Positions 48,164 to 58,326 of a stretch of 64,000 bases of DNA are shown here, piece after piece. The stretch spans positions 15,190,001-15,254,000 of the forward strand of contig CM126210.1 in the NCBI GenBank assembly GCA_052327205.1. Reading direction: 5' to 3'. Position numbers and translations under genes: made by a program. Origin of the DNA: Somniosus microcephalus. Taxonomy: Eukaryota. The notes under the pieces are model-generated. The model saw nothing but the letters and a program-made list of their open reading frames with translations. It made no database searches and was not told the DNA's origin. Each line of letters starts with the position of its first letter. Positions within the stretch are counted from its first letter, which is position 1.

Positions 48164-51046
48164 TTATCTTCTGCTTCTTCTTTTTCTTTTCTGCCTTTTT
48201 GAAACTCTCGGAGCTCCTTTCTCGGCTGCCAGCTGTAGCGCCACCAACTCTCTATGTTCCTTAGACCTTAAGTGCTTCATCCGGATTTCAGCACTTTGAG
48301 AGTTTTCATCACAAGCTGGGCAGACCACATCCTCGTAATATTCAGTGTCACTCAACAGGTCATGGTAATATTCAGGTTCGTCCTGAGTTAGGCCAGCGAG
48401 AGAGACTTCTTCTTCCTCCTCACCCGTCTGGACGTTAGCTGACGGTGGTTCCTTCCCTAAACATCTTTCTTGAAAAGCCTTCTTCATGCATTCACATTCA
48501 TCCCGCTCTTCCTGGGTTATCTGCCATTCCTTCACGACGGACCTCATTTGTGAGTTCAATACCTTCCTTTCCATCGGTAATTGCGTTATCAGGCTATTTA
48601 ACCCTTCTACTGAAATAACGGTTTCCACATTCTTCTGTTCACCTTGACGTGATTCAATGTACTTTTGGCATCCTTGTAAAATTTGTGTTGCCACCTCAGC
48701 TATCTCCGTGACTTTTGAGAGCTCCGAACTCGTTCCCCCTGAAGATTGAAGCTCGTGTTCAGATTGTTCCCCTTGCCGAGTCTTGTCCTTCAGCATATGA
48801 AGGAGTTGGCCGACCGTTAACTCTTCCCTGGGAACACGGTGGATCAGAGTCTTCTCCATTTCATCCACCTCTTTCTCCAATACTTCCACCTTACGTTCCT
48901 CTTGAACTTTGGCTTTCAGCGCTCGGCAAAGTTGCGCCCTGATGCTCTCTAGTTCATGTTCAGGGACCATTCTTACAGTGTCCTGTTCTTCCACTGAAAG
49001 GATTCCCAGTTGAATCTGTTCTTCAAGTTGTTGAACCTCGGTCATTGCCGCCTCATACTTCTCTTGGGTGTCCTTCAATGTTTTTATAAGTTCTTGGACA
49101 TCCTGTCTTTCATGCTCTGCCATGATTTTCACCTCTAATTGCTCATCTATGGATGGAGCTTCTATCGATGAGTCTGTCTTGGCCTTGAGTTCATCAAGAA
49201 TTTCCTGCAGCCTTTGGACTTCTTGCTCATGTTCAACCTTTAGTTGTTCATATGCTTCTACTGAAACTAGCTTTTCGGAGGCTGCCGAGTTAACCCCCTC
49301 CAGAATTGTAGCCTGGGCCTGTTCATACTGTTCTTTCAACTTCTCACACTCTGCTTGTAAGGAGTCGTAGAGAAGAATTGGAATAAAATCCTGGCTCCCT
49401 GAAGATTCCTCTTCCTTTGGTTCATTCTGTAAATATTCTAGTTCCTGAACAGCATCAGGGGAATGTGATTGGTATTTGACCACGATGGCTCTATGGTCGC
49501 TCTCTGCTTGAGCTAGCTGTCTCTGTAGTCTTTCCAGGTTCCCCCATTCGGTGTCCCAGAACTTTTCCATATTTTTCATCTCCTGTACGAGACGGTCACT
49601 CAACTGTTCTAATTGTTGTCGTACTTTGACATAAGTTTGCGTCCGAGCTTGGTGTTCTTCCGTCATGGATGAATCCTTTGCTTGAACAGGCTCAGAATTC
49701 TCTGTCAACCTGGAGTTCTGCTCTGCAGCTTTATTCTTCTTGGTACCATAAGTCCTTCTGCATGTCTTCGCTTTCTTTCCCATCGTCGGCAAGTCCCTTT
49801 TAGCCTTGTCTTCCATTTCCGACTTGGTCTTATCATCATCCATTTCAGAATCTGAGCTAATAGCTTGCACCGAGTCCTCCCTCATTATGGCTTTTAGGTA
49901 ATGCCATTCCATGTCTATTTTCTTAATCCACTCCCGTCCTAGAAGTGGTGGTCCTCCCTCAGATAATACGTACAAGTTCATTCTTGGGTGTTCTTTACCC
50001 CTATCTCTCACCTTGACTCTTATTTTCCCCACGGGGTATACGTTATGCCCCATGTATGTCTGTAATACGAACTTGGTATTTCTTAAAGGTATGTGAGAGA
50101 ATAGCCGGTGGTAGTCCCTTCGGTTGATGACTGATAGAGCTGATCCAGTGTCCAGCTCCATTCTTACTTGGACTCCAGCTATTTTTAGTATGACCCAGAT
50201 GGCCTGTAGATCAGTTTCTTTACCCACATTGTGGATTCTCAGACTACCCAGCTCCTGGTTGTTTGGGTCTGAGTCTGAATTCTGTTCGTCTGAACTCTTC
50301 TCAGCCACCTTGTGTACCTTGTTGTACTTTTCTGGTGGTGGCTTCCTTTGATTATTGGTCTTTTTCCCGGACCGGCATACCTTCGCGATGTGACCCAGTT
50401 TGCCACACTTCCTACACTCTTGGTTCTTAAACCAGCATTGATTCTGGTCATGCGTTGTCTTCCCACAACGGTAGCATTTTGTTGTGCTTGAAGTAATTTG
50501 GTCCACCCCGAGTGCCGCCGCCTTTAGTTGCATTTCCGCCGTTCCTTTCGCTGCGGCTTCGTGCGATGCAGCTATAAGGACAGCCCTGTCCAGTGTGAGA
50601 TCGTTCTCTTCCAGTAGTCGCTTCTGCGTCCCTTCTTTGGACAATCCGCATACGAACTTGTCCCGCAGCGCTTCTGTCAGATTCCCTCCGAACTGGCAGT
50701 ATTTCGCTAGCCTACGCAGTTCGACCAAGTATTCCGCATTGCTTTCGTCTTTCTTCTGCGTTCTTGCGTAGAATTTGAATCGTTCAGCCAGCATCAGCGG
50801 TGTGGGGTTCAAGTGGTCCTTCAGCACAGCCACAATCTCTTCGAAGGTCTGATCCGCTGGTTTATTTGGTGCTATTAGATGCTTCAAGAGCCCGTATGTT
50901 TTTGCCCCCATCGAGTTTAGCAATGTTATCGCCTTGTCGTCTTCCTCTATTTTGTTGGCTTCGCAATAGATCTCTATGCGTTCCACGTACGTGGCCCAGT
51001 CTTCTATTTCAGAATTAAAGTCGTTAATATTCCCTCGCTTAGGCAT
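48164..51046 (-). CDS. 960-aa Gag - 2x CCHC zinc knuckle - aspartic protease - coiled coil (ANKRD24/RAI14-like) - C2H2 zinc finger (DNAJC21-like) - basic tail fusion protein
   Basis: Gag motifs W..[31 protein letters not shown] and LRDKFVCGL. Knuckles [14 protein letters not shown] and [14 protein letters not shown]. Protease ELDTGS (D299) ... LLGREW. E/Q/K-rich heptad region ~aa 470-860. CPAC...HLRSKEH from C909. Ends [11 protein letters not shown]. Host-protein similarities are from memory. Confidence 0.9.
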   Translation of the reverse strand: [960 protein letters not shown]

Positions 51047-51339
51047 CTTTCTTCCCTTGGGAGCAGCACCAGTATTTCTTTAAGTATTCTTATTTATTTG
51101 TTTGTTTCTAAGATGGTGGTTTTCCCGCGAAATCGGCGGTTTCCTGCTCTTTCCTTCTCTCCCCGCCCACTTCAATGGCGGTATGTCAATCAAGATGGCG
51201 GTTTTCCCGCGAAAATGGCGGTTTCCCGCTCTTCCTTTCTCGCCCCGCCCACTTCAATGGCGGTTTCCCGCTTCTGGCGTCTTCTCCGCCTAATGGCGGC
51301 TTCCCGCGTTTCTTCCCGGTGGAAGGGGTACGCTTCCCC

Positions 51340-51750
51340 CACAGCGGACAGGTTCAGCCGCTGGCTGGCTACCGCACAGCTCCCCTTACTCGGCTATGTC
51401 TTTTCCTCCCGCCCGCACGGCTCTACCGGCGCTGGGTACACCCCGTTAACGGAGGACAGTTCAGCCGCTGGACTGGCTCTCGCGCAGTCTCTCTCTCCGT
51501 ACCCGGCTCTGTCGCTCTCTCACCCGCACGTTCGGTGCTACCGGCCCTGGGTACCCCGTTGGTGGAGAACAGCTCAGCCGCTGGACTGGCTCTCGCGCAG
51601 TCTCTCACCCCGTTTTCGGCTGTGTCTCTCACCCACTCCCGCACGTTCGGTTTTGCCGGCTCTGAGCACCCCGTTGGTGGAGAACAGCTCAGCCGCTGGA
51701 CTGGCTCCTCGCAGTCTCTCTCTCCGCACCCGGCTCTCACCCGCACGGTT
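51340..51750. repeat. Imperfect ~107-115 bp tandem repeats in the LTR element leader
   Basis: TCAGCCGCTGG(A)CTGGCT recurs at ~51354, 51461, 51574 and 51689. Confidence 0.8.
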
Positions 51751-52218
51751 CCCGTTCGCCTCCCCAGCCCTCTCGCAGACCGGTGTTTCCCTCCCCGGCT
51801 GCGGCTGGGTTTCTCTTCCCGCGCCTACTCGCAGGCTCAGCGCTTCGTGGCTGCGGTTGCTGCCCGGAGTTTTCCCGCCGATCGCGGTCCGGCTGTCACC
51901 CGACGCCGTTGGACCCGACTTTTGGCCGGCACAGCTCCCCCTCGACCGAGGTCGAGTGCTCTGCCCTTATCCTCCGGATACTTCTACACCTTCCCCTACT
52001 CACAGTCTCTTCGGCCGCCTTGTTTCTTGCTGGTCGGCTCACTCCGCACCGTGGCAGAAGGGTAGTCAGTGCCTGTTGCTGATACAGCTTTTGTTGTTAG
52101 TCTTCCTGCTTTCTGTTGTTGCAGCCTCGTGTTTTCTTTTGGTAGCACGACGAGGGCGGTTGTCTCTCTTCGACGCTCTTCGTTGCTTTTGGTAGTCTTG
52201 CCGCAGGGTACGATCGGA

Positions 52219-52228
52219 CTCGTCGCCA
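52219..52228 (-). promoter_or_regulatory. Primer-binding site TGGCGACGAG (complementary to the 3' end of tRNA-Ser(GCU))
   Basis: Located 1 nt inside the 5' LTR. Vertebrate tRNA-Ser(GCU) ends ...CTCGTCGCCA (recalled). Confidence 0.8.
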
Positions 52229-52229
52229 C

Positions 52230-52484
52230 TGTAAAGTCTGTGGGTTGTGCAGTTAATAAATACACAGACTTCAGAAGTAACAAACAAACAGGTCTTTACT
52301 ATTCGAAGGTCCGGGCGAATCTGCCCCAGCAATCATGCCACAACACTTATATATTGGTGTGGTCACTATCGGTATTACAGTATACAGAAGCCAAACAAAT
52401 AGTGCCACACCTAAAGTAGTTCCCTTAAAGGTGAACGGTTACATTCAATAGTTCCCTTAAAGATAGACGGGTACATACACTACA
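52230..52484 (-). repeat. 5' LTR (255 bp)
   Basis: Direct repeat of 47485-47739 with two substitutions. Confidence 0.97.
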
Positions 52485-52611
52485 AGGACCCTTTCATGTA
52501 ATTGGTGTCTGGGAGCACCTGATTCGTCAGTTCCTAACCCCTCCCAGCAAAACATGGCACTCACAGTCGGGAAGGAGGATCCAGCGGCAATATTTAAAGA
52601 GATCATCGGTT

Positions 52612-53940
52612 AGAATCATAGAAATTTACAGCACGGAAGGAGGCCATTTCGGCCCATCGTGTCCATGCCGGCCCACAAAGAGCTCTCCAGCCATTCCCAC
52701 ATTCCAGCTCTTGGTCCGTAGCCCTGCGTATCCAAGCACTTTTTAAATGTGGTTAGGGTTTCTGCCTCTACCACTCTTTCAGGCAGAGAGTTCCAGACCC
52801 CCACCGCCCTCTGGGTGAAGACATTTCCCTTCAAATCCCCTCTAAATCTCCTACCAATTACTTTAAATCTATGCCCCCTGGTTGTTGACCCCTCTGCTAA
52901 ACAACAACAACAACAAGTTGTATTTATATAGCGCCTTTAACGTAGTAAAATGTCCCAAGGCGCTGCACAGAAGTATTAAAAGACAACAAATTTGACACCA
53001 ATCCACATAAGGATAAATTAGGGCAGGTGACCAAAAGCTTGGTCAAAGAGGTAGGTTTTAAGGACCGTCTTAAAGGAGGAAAGAGCGGTAGAGAGGCGGA
53101 GAGGGAAATAGGTCCTTCCTGTCCACTCTATCTAGGCCCCTCATAATCTTATGCACCTCAATAAGGTCTCCCCTCAGCCTCCTCTTTTCCAAAGAAAACA
53201 AACCCAGCCTACCAAATCCTTCCTCGCAGCAAAAATTTTCCAGTCCAGGTAACGTCTTTGTAAATCTCCTCTGCACCCTCTCGAGTGCAATCACATCCTT
53301 CCTGTAATGTGGTGAGCAGAACTGCACGCAGTACTCTAGCTGTGGCCTAACTAGTGTTTCATACAGTTCAAGCATAACCTCCCTACTCTTGCATTCTATG
53401 CCTCAGCTAATAAAGGCAAGTATTCCGTATGCCTTCTTAACCACCTTATCTACTTGGCCTGCTGCCTTCAGGGATCTGTGGACCTGCACTCCTTTTGTTC
53501 CTCTACACTACTCAGTATCCTACCATTTAATGTGTATTCCCTTGCCTTGTTAGCCCTCCCCAAATGCATGACCTCACACTTCTCCAGATTGAATTCCATT
53601 TGCCACTGTTCTGCCCACCTGACCAGTTACATAGAAACATAGAAGATAGGAGCAGGAGTAGGCCATTCGGCCCCTCGAGCCTGCTCCGCCATTCAATGCG
53701 ATCATGGCTGATCATCCAAATTCAGTACCTGGTCCCTGCAGTTTCATTGATATCTTCCTGCAGTCTACATCTTTCTTCTTCCGTATCAACCACACGGCCA
53801 ATTTTAGTATAATCTGCAAACTTCTTAATCATACCCCCTACATTCAAGTCTAAATCATTGATATATACCACAAAAAGCAAGGGACCTAGTACTGTACTGA
53901 GCCCTGCGAAACCCCACTGGAAAACAGCCTTCCAGTCACA
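52612..53940 (-). mobile_element. CR1 RT/3' fragment with nested L2 tail (~52900-53105) and short CR1 tail (~53628-53735)
   Basis: VLGPLLFVVYINDLD...KFADYTK, LVRPQLEYCVQF and FTQRAVGVWNSLP. Confidence 0.8.
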
Positions 53941-53984
53941 AAAATTCAATGAAGCTAAGTCGCTAGTTAGGCTTCATAGGTTCT

Positions 53985-54680
53985 TTCGGGCCAGCATTTT
54001 GTCACCCTTGGCTGTCTTTTTGGCTGTCCGCTCATTTTGGGGAGTGATTCGGTGAGGAGCTGTGAGTTTTTTCCAGCACCGGCTTCATCACTATTCTGCA
54101 GCATGGGCAAGCTGCTCGGCCAAACGAGGAGGGAGAGCAGCAGCAGCAAGAAAGGCAACACCGAGTTGGCGAGGCTGTTCGGAGAGGACAAAGGAGGGGG
54201 AGGCGCAGGGGCAGTAACGGCACCCGGGTCATCGGAAACAGGCTCCCATACCTGCACCTGACAAAGGAGCAGTGTGTAAGGCAGGTTCACTTCAGCAAGG
54301 GAGACGGTTACCGAGCTCCGTCACATGCTGCAGCAAGAATTGGAGCCCAGTAGTACCAGGGCCTACATGGCACTTTCTGTGGTGCTGCATGTAACTGTTC
54401 CTCTGAACTTTTGTTGCCTCTTGATCATTCCAGTCTCCATCAGGGGGACATCAGCAGCATCAGTTGGTTCACAGTGCACACCTCAATCAGGCAGGTGACT
54501 GATGCACTATTTGCGAGATGCCAACAATCCATCACCTTCCCTTTGTAGCCTGGCAAGCAACAAGAACAAACTTTGGGGTTTTACAAAATAGCTGGGTTTC
54601 CACAGGTGCAAGGAGTAATAGACGGTACCCACGTTGCCCTGAATTCTCCCTGTCATGAACCAAGATTTTCCTACAATAGG
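53985..54680 (+). pseudogene. Harbinger (HARBI1-like DDE) transposase remnant
   Basis: Frameshifted LHLTKEQCVRQVHFSK.TVTELRHMLQ...IRQVTDALFAR...AGFPQVQGVIDGTHVAL, including the first catalytic Asp motif. Confidence 0.8.
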
Positions 54681-55278
54681 AAGGAGCGTTAACCATTAGC
54701 GCCGCGCGGCGCTGTGCCGCCGGCAATGATGTCATCTCCGCGCGCAGCGTCCTGCTCGTGTCACGGCTGTAATATTGGGTGGCGCCCCCCGACTTATTGC
54801 CGGATGCTATGTCCCCCGGGGTCAGGGGGGCCTACCTGCGGCGCCAATTAAAGGGGAGGTGGCGGGCGGCCATTTTTGTTGCTGGCCGCCTGCCAGCACC
54901 TGCCCCCCGTTGTTGTCCCCAGCCCCTGTGAAGCACCCTCCCCCCTGCGGGGTGCCAGCTGCTCTCCGTGAGCCCGGCACTCCTCTTGAGTTGCGGGCTC
55001 GTTTGCCGGCACAACTGATCCCTGGTGGCCCAGCTGGGCGCTGGGACGTGCTGCGCCAGGCCCCTCCCCTTTAATAAGGGGAGGAAGGCCTGAGGTACCG
55101 CATGGCACTGCAGCATGTAGCGCCATGATATTGTCTCGCAGTGCCCCAAGAGGGACGTGGGGTGCTTCCAGTAGCGCCCCTCCTCCCTGTTGGGACGCTA
55201 CCTGGGAAAATCGGCCGCGGGGGCCCTAACTTTTTCGGGGCGCTAAAATTAAAAGGGGCGCTACCCAATTTTTACCCC
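54680..55278. mobile_element. GC-rich Harbinger-type MITE
   Basis: Homologous to 32335-33054. Ends CCCAATTTTTACCCC. Confidence 0.75.
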
Positions 55279-56564
55279 ATGGGCTTTTATCTCAGTGCAA
55301 CAGCAGCTTAATGGACCACCTAGATTACTTGATTCAATTTATCTATCTGTCCACTTAGGATATAGAGAGCATTATTGGCTGTCTCAGTGGGAGTAAACAT
55401 CCCACTTCCAGAAGCATTTCTGCGCCGGTCAACTTTGAACCTGCAGTCTGGACGCAACACGCTGGGGCTAAAAAAATCCCTCAGCCATTCAGGCCGTGGT
55501 GGGTGACCTCGAGGAACTCTGGCTGTTGAGGGCCTGGCTGCAGACTGTTGAAACTCAGCTTCAGCCAGGGCAGTCTGGCCCAGCTAGCTGTCTGGAACCA
55601 ACGAGGGCACTGGTTCAGAGGCTGGCGGGGGAGCAGGCATGCCGAGAGAGGACAACATGTGTCTCTCCCATGGAACCAATGCCAGTCAGGGGCTGAGCCT
55701 CAGCACTCCCACACTTCCTCAGCCATTCAGGCGCACTCCTGCTATAACATCAGCAGGCTTGTACCAGAAGGGCTGGAGATCAGATACACCAAGTTCTGGC
55801 CTAACGTTGGAGATTCCGTAGGCCCTGTAGGGGGGCAGAGCCTCCACCTGCTCCGTATAAGACCGGCGGTGTTGAGAATCCTGACACGAAGGAGTTTTCC
55901 GTGATCTCGATCCGCAGAGGGAGGGACCCAGCGTGTCCTTGGCTTGTCGTATGCCTGGTAAGAACACCAGCTACACCAGGTATGCCCCGGGATGGATGGC
56001 CCGTGGGTGATTGCTCCATTAGTTTTATTCCTTTAGCCAGGCCGTAAGGCGCCTTTGCACTGTTTTCTAATTTGATTGGCCACTGTTAAGTGTATGACTG
56101 ATAACGACCGCATGGTTAGCATCAGCCAATTGGAAAGCCAATAGGAACTGTACATTTGTTCATTCTTGCAGACACAAAACTTTTAATAATATAAATAAAT
56201 AAATGTTGGGCTGTTAATTTCCCTGTAATTTTCTATCGCAGCTGCTAACTATTTCCTTAATTAAACCTTTCTGCATGTCATATGGTGTGATTTATCTGCA
56301 ATAATCAACCTCGGCAACCTACCCATAAAAGTAATTATATATATTTTTAAACTAAGTTTTTTTTATACATTATAAACAAAATAGCAGATGGTCAGGATTG
56401 AATGTAATGCTCTAATTTAATGGATGGTGTCCTTAAACTCTTTCACTTCAGATCCCAACATGCCATCATACAAGCTCTTCCTTCTCCCTGCAACCTCACT
56501 GTGTTGAAATCAAAACCTATCACAACATCTCCTATTCTAACTCATTGGCTTCAATATTAACCTT

Positions 56565-57205
56565 CCCACGACAGGCAGGAGAGGGTCGGCGGGGGGGGGG
56601 CGTTAGAATTTACTGTTGCCGCACGGGTTTATCAGGGATCGGGAAACTCAGCAGGTAGAGGGAGGTAGGAGCTGCCGGCCCCACAAGGTGAGTACCTTTT
56701 CCAGCACACCTTGTGGGCCAGGAGGAGCAGGAATGCCTCCCACCCACCACCCCCAACCCGCCACCCCCAACCCCCGGCCCCTCAAGGAGCCTTCCGCCTC
56801 CCCCAGCCAATCGTGGCCTCTCTCTCCCCCCCCCCCCCCGTGCTGCGTTGGCCGACCACCCTACCCCCCCATCTCCAATTACCTCCCCATCCCCTGGCCC
56901 CAATGGCCACACTCTCCACACCCACCCCCCCACCCAGGCCCAGTGGCCTCTCTTTCTCCATGCTGCGATGGATGACCTTTACCCTCTCCAGGTTGCCGGG
57001 GGCCGTCCCCAAGCAGCTTTCTCTCGGCCGCCGGCCAGGCTGCCCATCTGGCCAGTTGCCAGGTGGCAAACAGAAGAGAAAAATGCCAATGAGTTCCTGC
57101 CATTAAGCTCGGCAGGACCTCCATGTCCCTGGCCTTGCCAGGTCCTTCGGCCATTTTGGGCCTCCCCTGCACCCTCCCCGCCTCCCCATAAATAGCGGGC
57201 CATTC
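56565..57205. mobile_element. GC-rich MITE-like repeat
   Basis: C-rich low-complexity core with ends resembling other Harbinger-type MITEs here. TIRs not clearly resolved. Confidence 0.4.
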
Positions 57206-57829
57206 TTTCTCAGGAATCAAAACTGTGTAAATCCTTACTTCTGTCAGTTTTCCCTTCCTCTTACAGGGGTAGACCTTACGATAGTGGAAAACGGGTGATA
57301 GCGAGTCAGCGGCCCATTTTATATCTCACCATTTTTATTTCCATTGAAGTCAAACTGGGATTCCACCACACTTCCGGTGAATTTACTGCGGTGAAGCGGG
57401 AGCAGCTCCAAGGAAATTCCATCGGGTGGTCTTGCGTTGTGGGCCTCAGTTCCTCACATAGGTTTTGCAAAATTATATTAATTAGTCGTTATTTTTTTGT
57501 GGCATTGAGCACAGGCAGAAACACATGTTGCTCTCTCAATCATTTTAGGGCCAACACCAGACATTTGCATGCGGGTACAGGATAATGCGAATTTCTGGAG
57601 AGTTCAGCGCTGTCTGCGGTCTCTTGTTACTTGACATGTTCTATGGCGTTTGATGTTTGATTCAGAGTTCGGCAGCAGTATTAAGGTGCTATTCCTTCCC
57701 TTTTTGTTCTTTTTGGCATCTGAAAAAACAACTGACAATTGTTTTTTAGTCAATTATTTCTTTTAAAGAAATGAAAAATAACAGAGGGAAATGATCAGTG
57801 TTGTGGGCAGACCACTCCTCCCAGTGATC

Positions 57830-58326
57830 AACAACAACTTGTATTTATATAGCACCTTTAACGTGGAAAAATGTCCCAAGGCATTTCACAGGAGTATTTT
57901 AAGACAAAAAATTTGACACCGAGCCACATAAGGAGAAGTTAGGGCAGGTGAGGGTCAAAGAGGTAGGTTTTCAGGAGCGTCTTAAAGGAGGAAAGAGAGG
58001 TAGCGAGGTGAAGAGGTTTAGGGAGGGAATTCCAGAGCTCAGGGCCCAGGCAACAGAAGGCACAGCCACCAAAGGTTGAGTGATTATAATCGGGGATGCT
58101 CAAGAGGGCAGAATTAGAGGAGCGCAGATATCTCGGGGGGTTGTGGGGCTGAAGGAGATTACAGAGATAGGGAGGGGCGAGGCCATGGAGGGATTTGAAA
58201 ACAAGGATGAGAATTTTTAAATGGAGGCGCTGCTTAACCGGGAGCCAATGTAGGTCAGCAAGCACTGGGGTGGTGGGCGAACGGGACTTGGTGCGAGTTA
58301 GGACACGGGCAGCCGAGCTTTGGATC
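57830..58326 (-). mobile_element. L2 3' end
   Basis: ORF 57939-58376 has IQSSAARVLT...LHWLPVKQR...LWNSLP, with an L2 (CAA)n tail. Confidence 0.85.

Larger units (their letters stand above)
47485..52484 (-). mobile_element. Intact non-autonomous Ty3/Gypsy-type LTR retroelement carrying a chimeric gag-pro-host fusion ORF
   Basis: Two 255-bp LTRs (TG...CA) with 2 mismatches, TSD AGGAC (47480-84 and 52485-89), PBS, PPT and one 960-aa ORF. No RT, RNase H or integrase motifs. Confidence 0.95.

Noticed and set aside
48164-51046. Domesticated single-copy gag-derived host gene, or an env gene after gag-pro
   Set aside because: Near-identical LTRs with TSD, PBS and PPT show a recent insertion. The C-terminal region is hydrophilic with no signal peptide or transmembrane segment, so it is not env.
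51098-52195. 365-aa and 296-aa + strand ORFs antisense to the LTR element leader
   Set aside because: The strand is C/T-rich and A-poor, so stop codons are rare. The translations are low-complexity, follow the tandem repeats and contain no recognisable domain.
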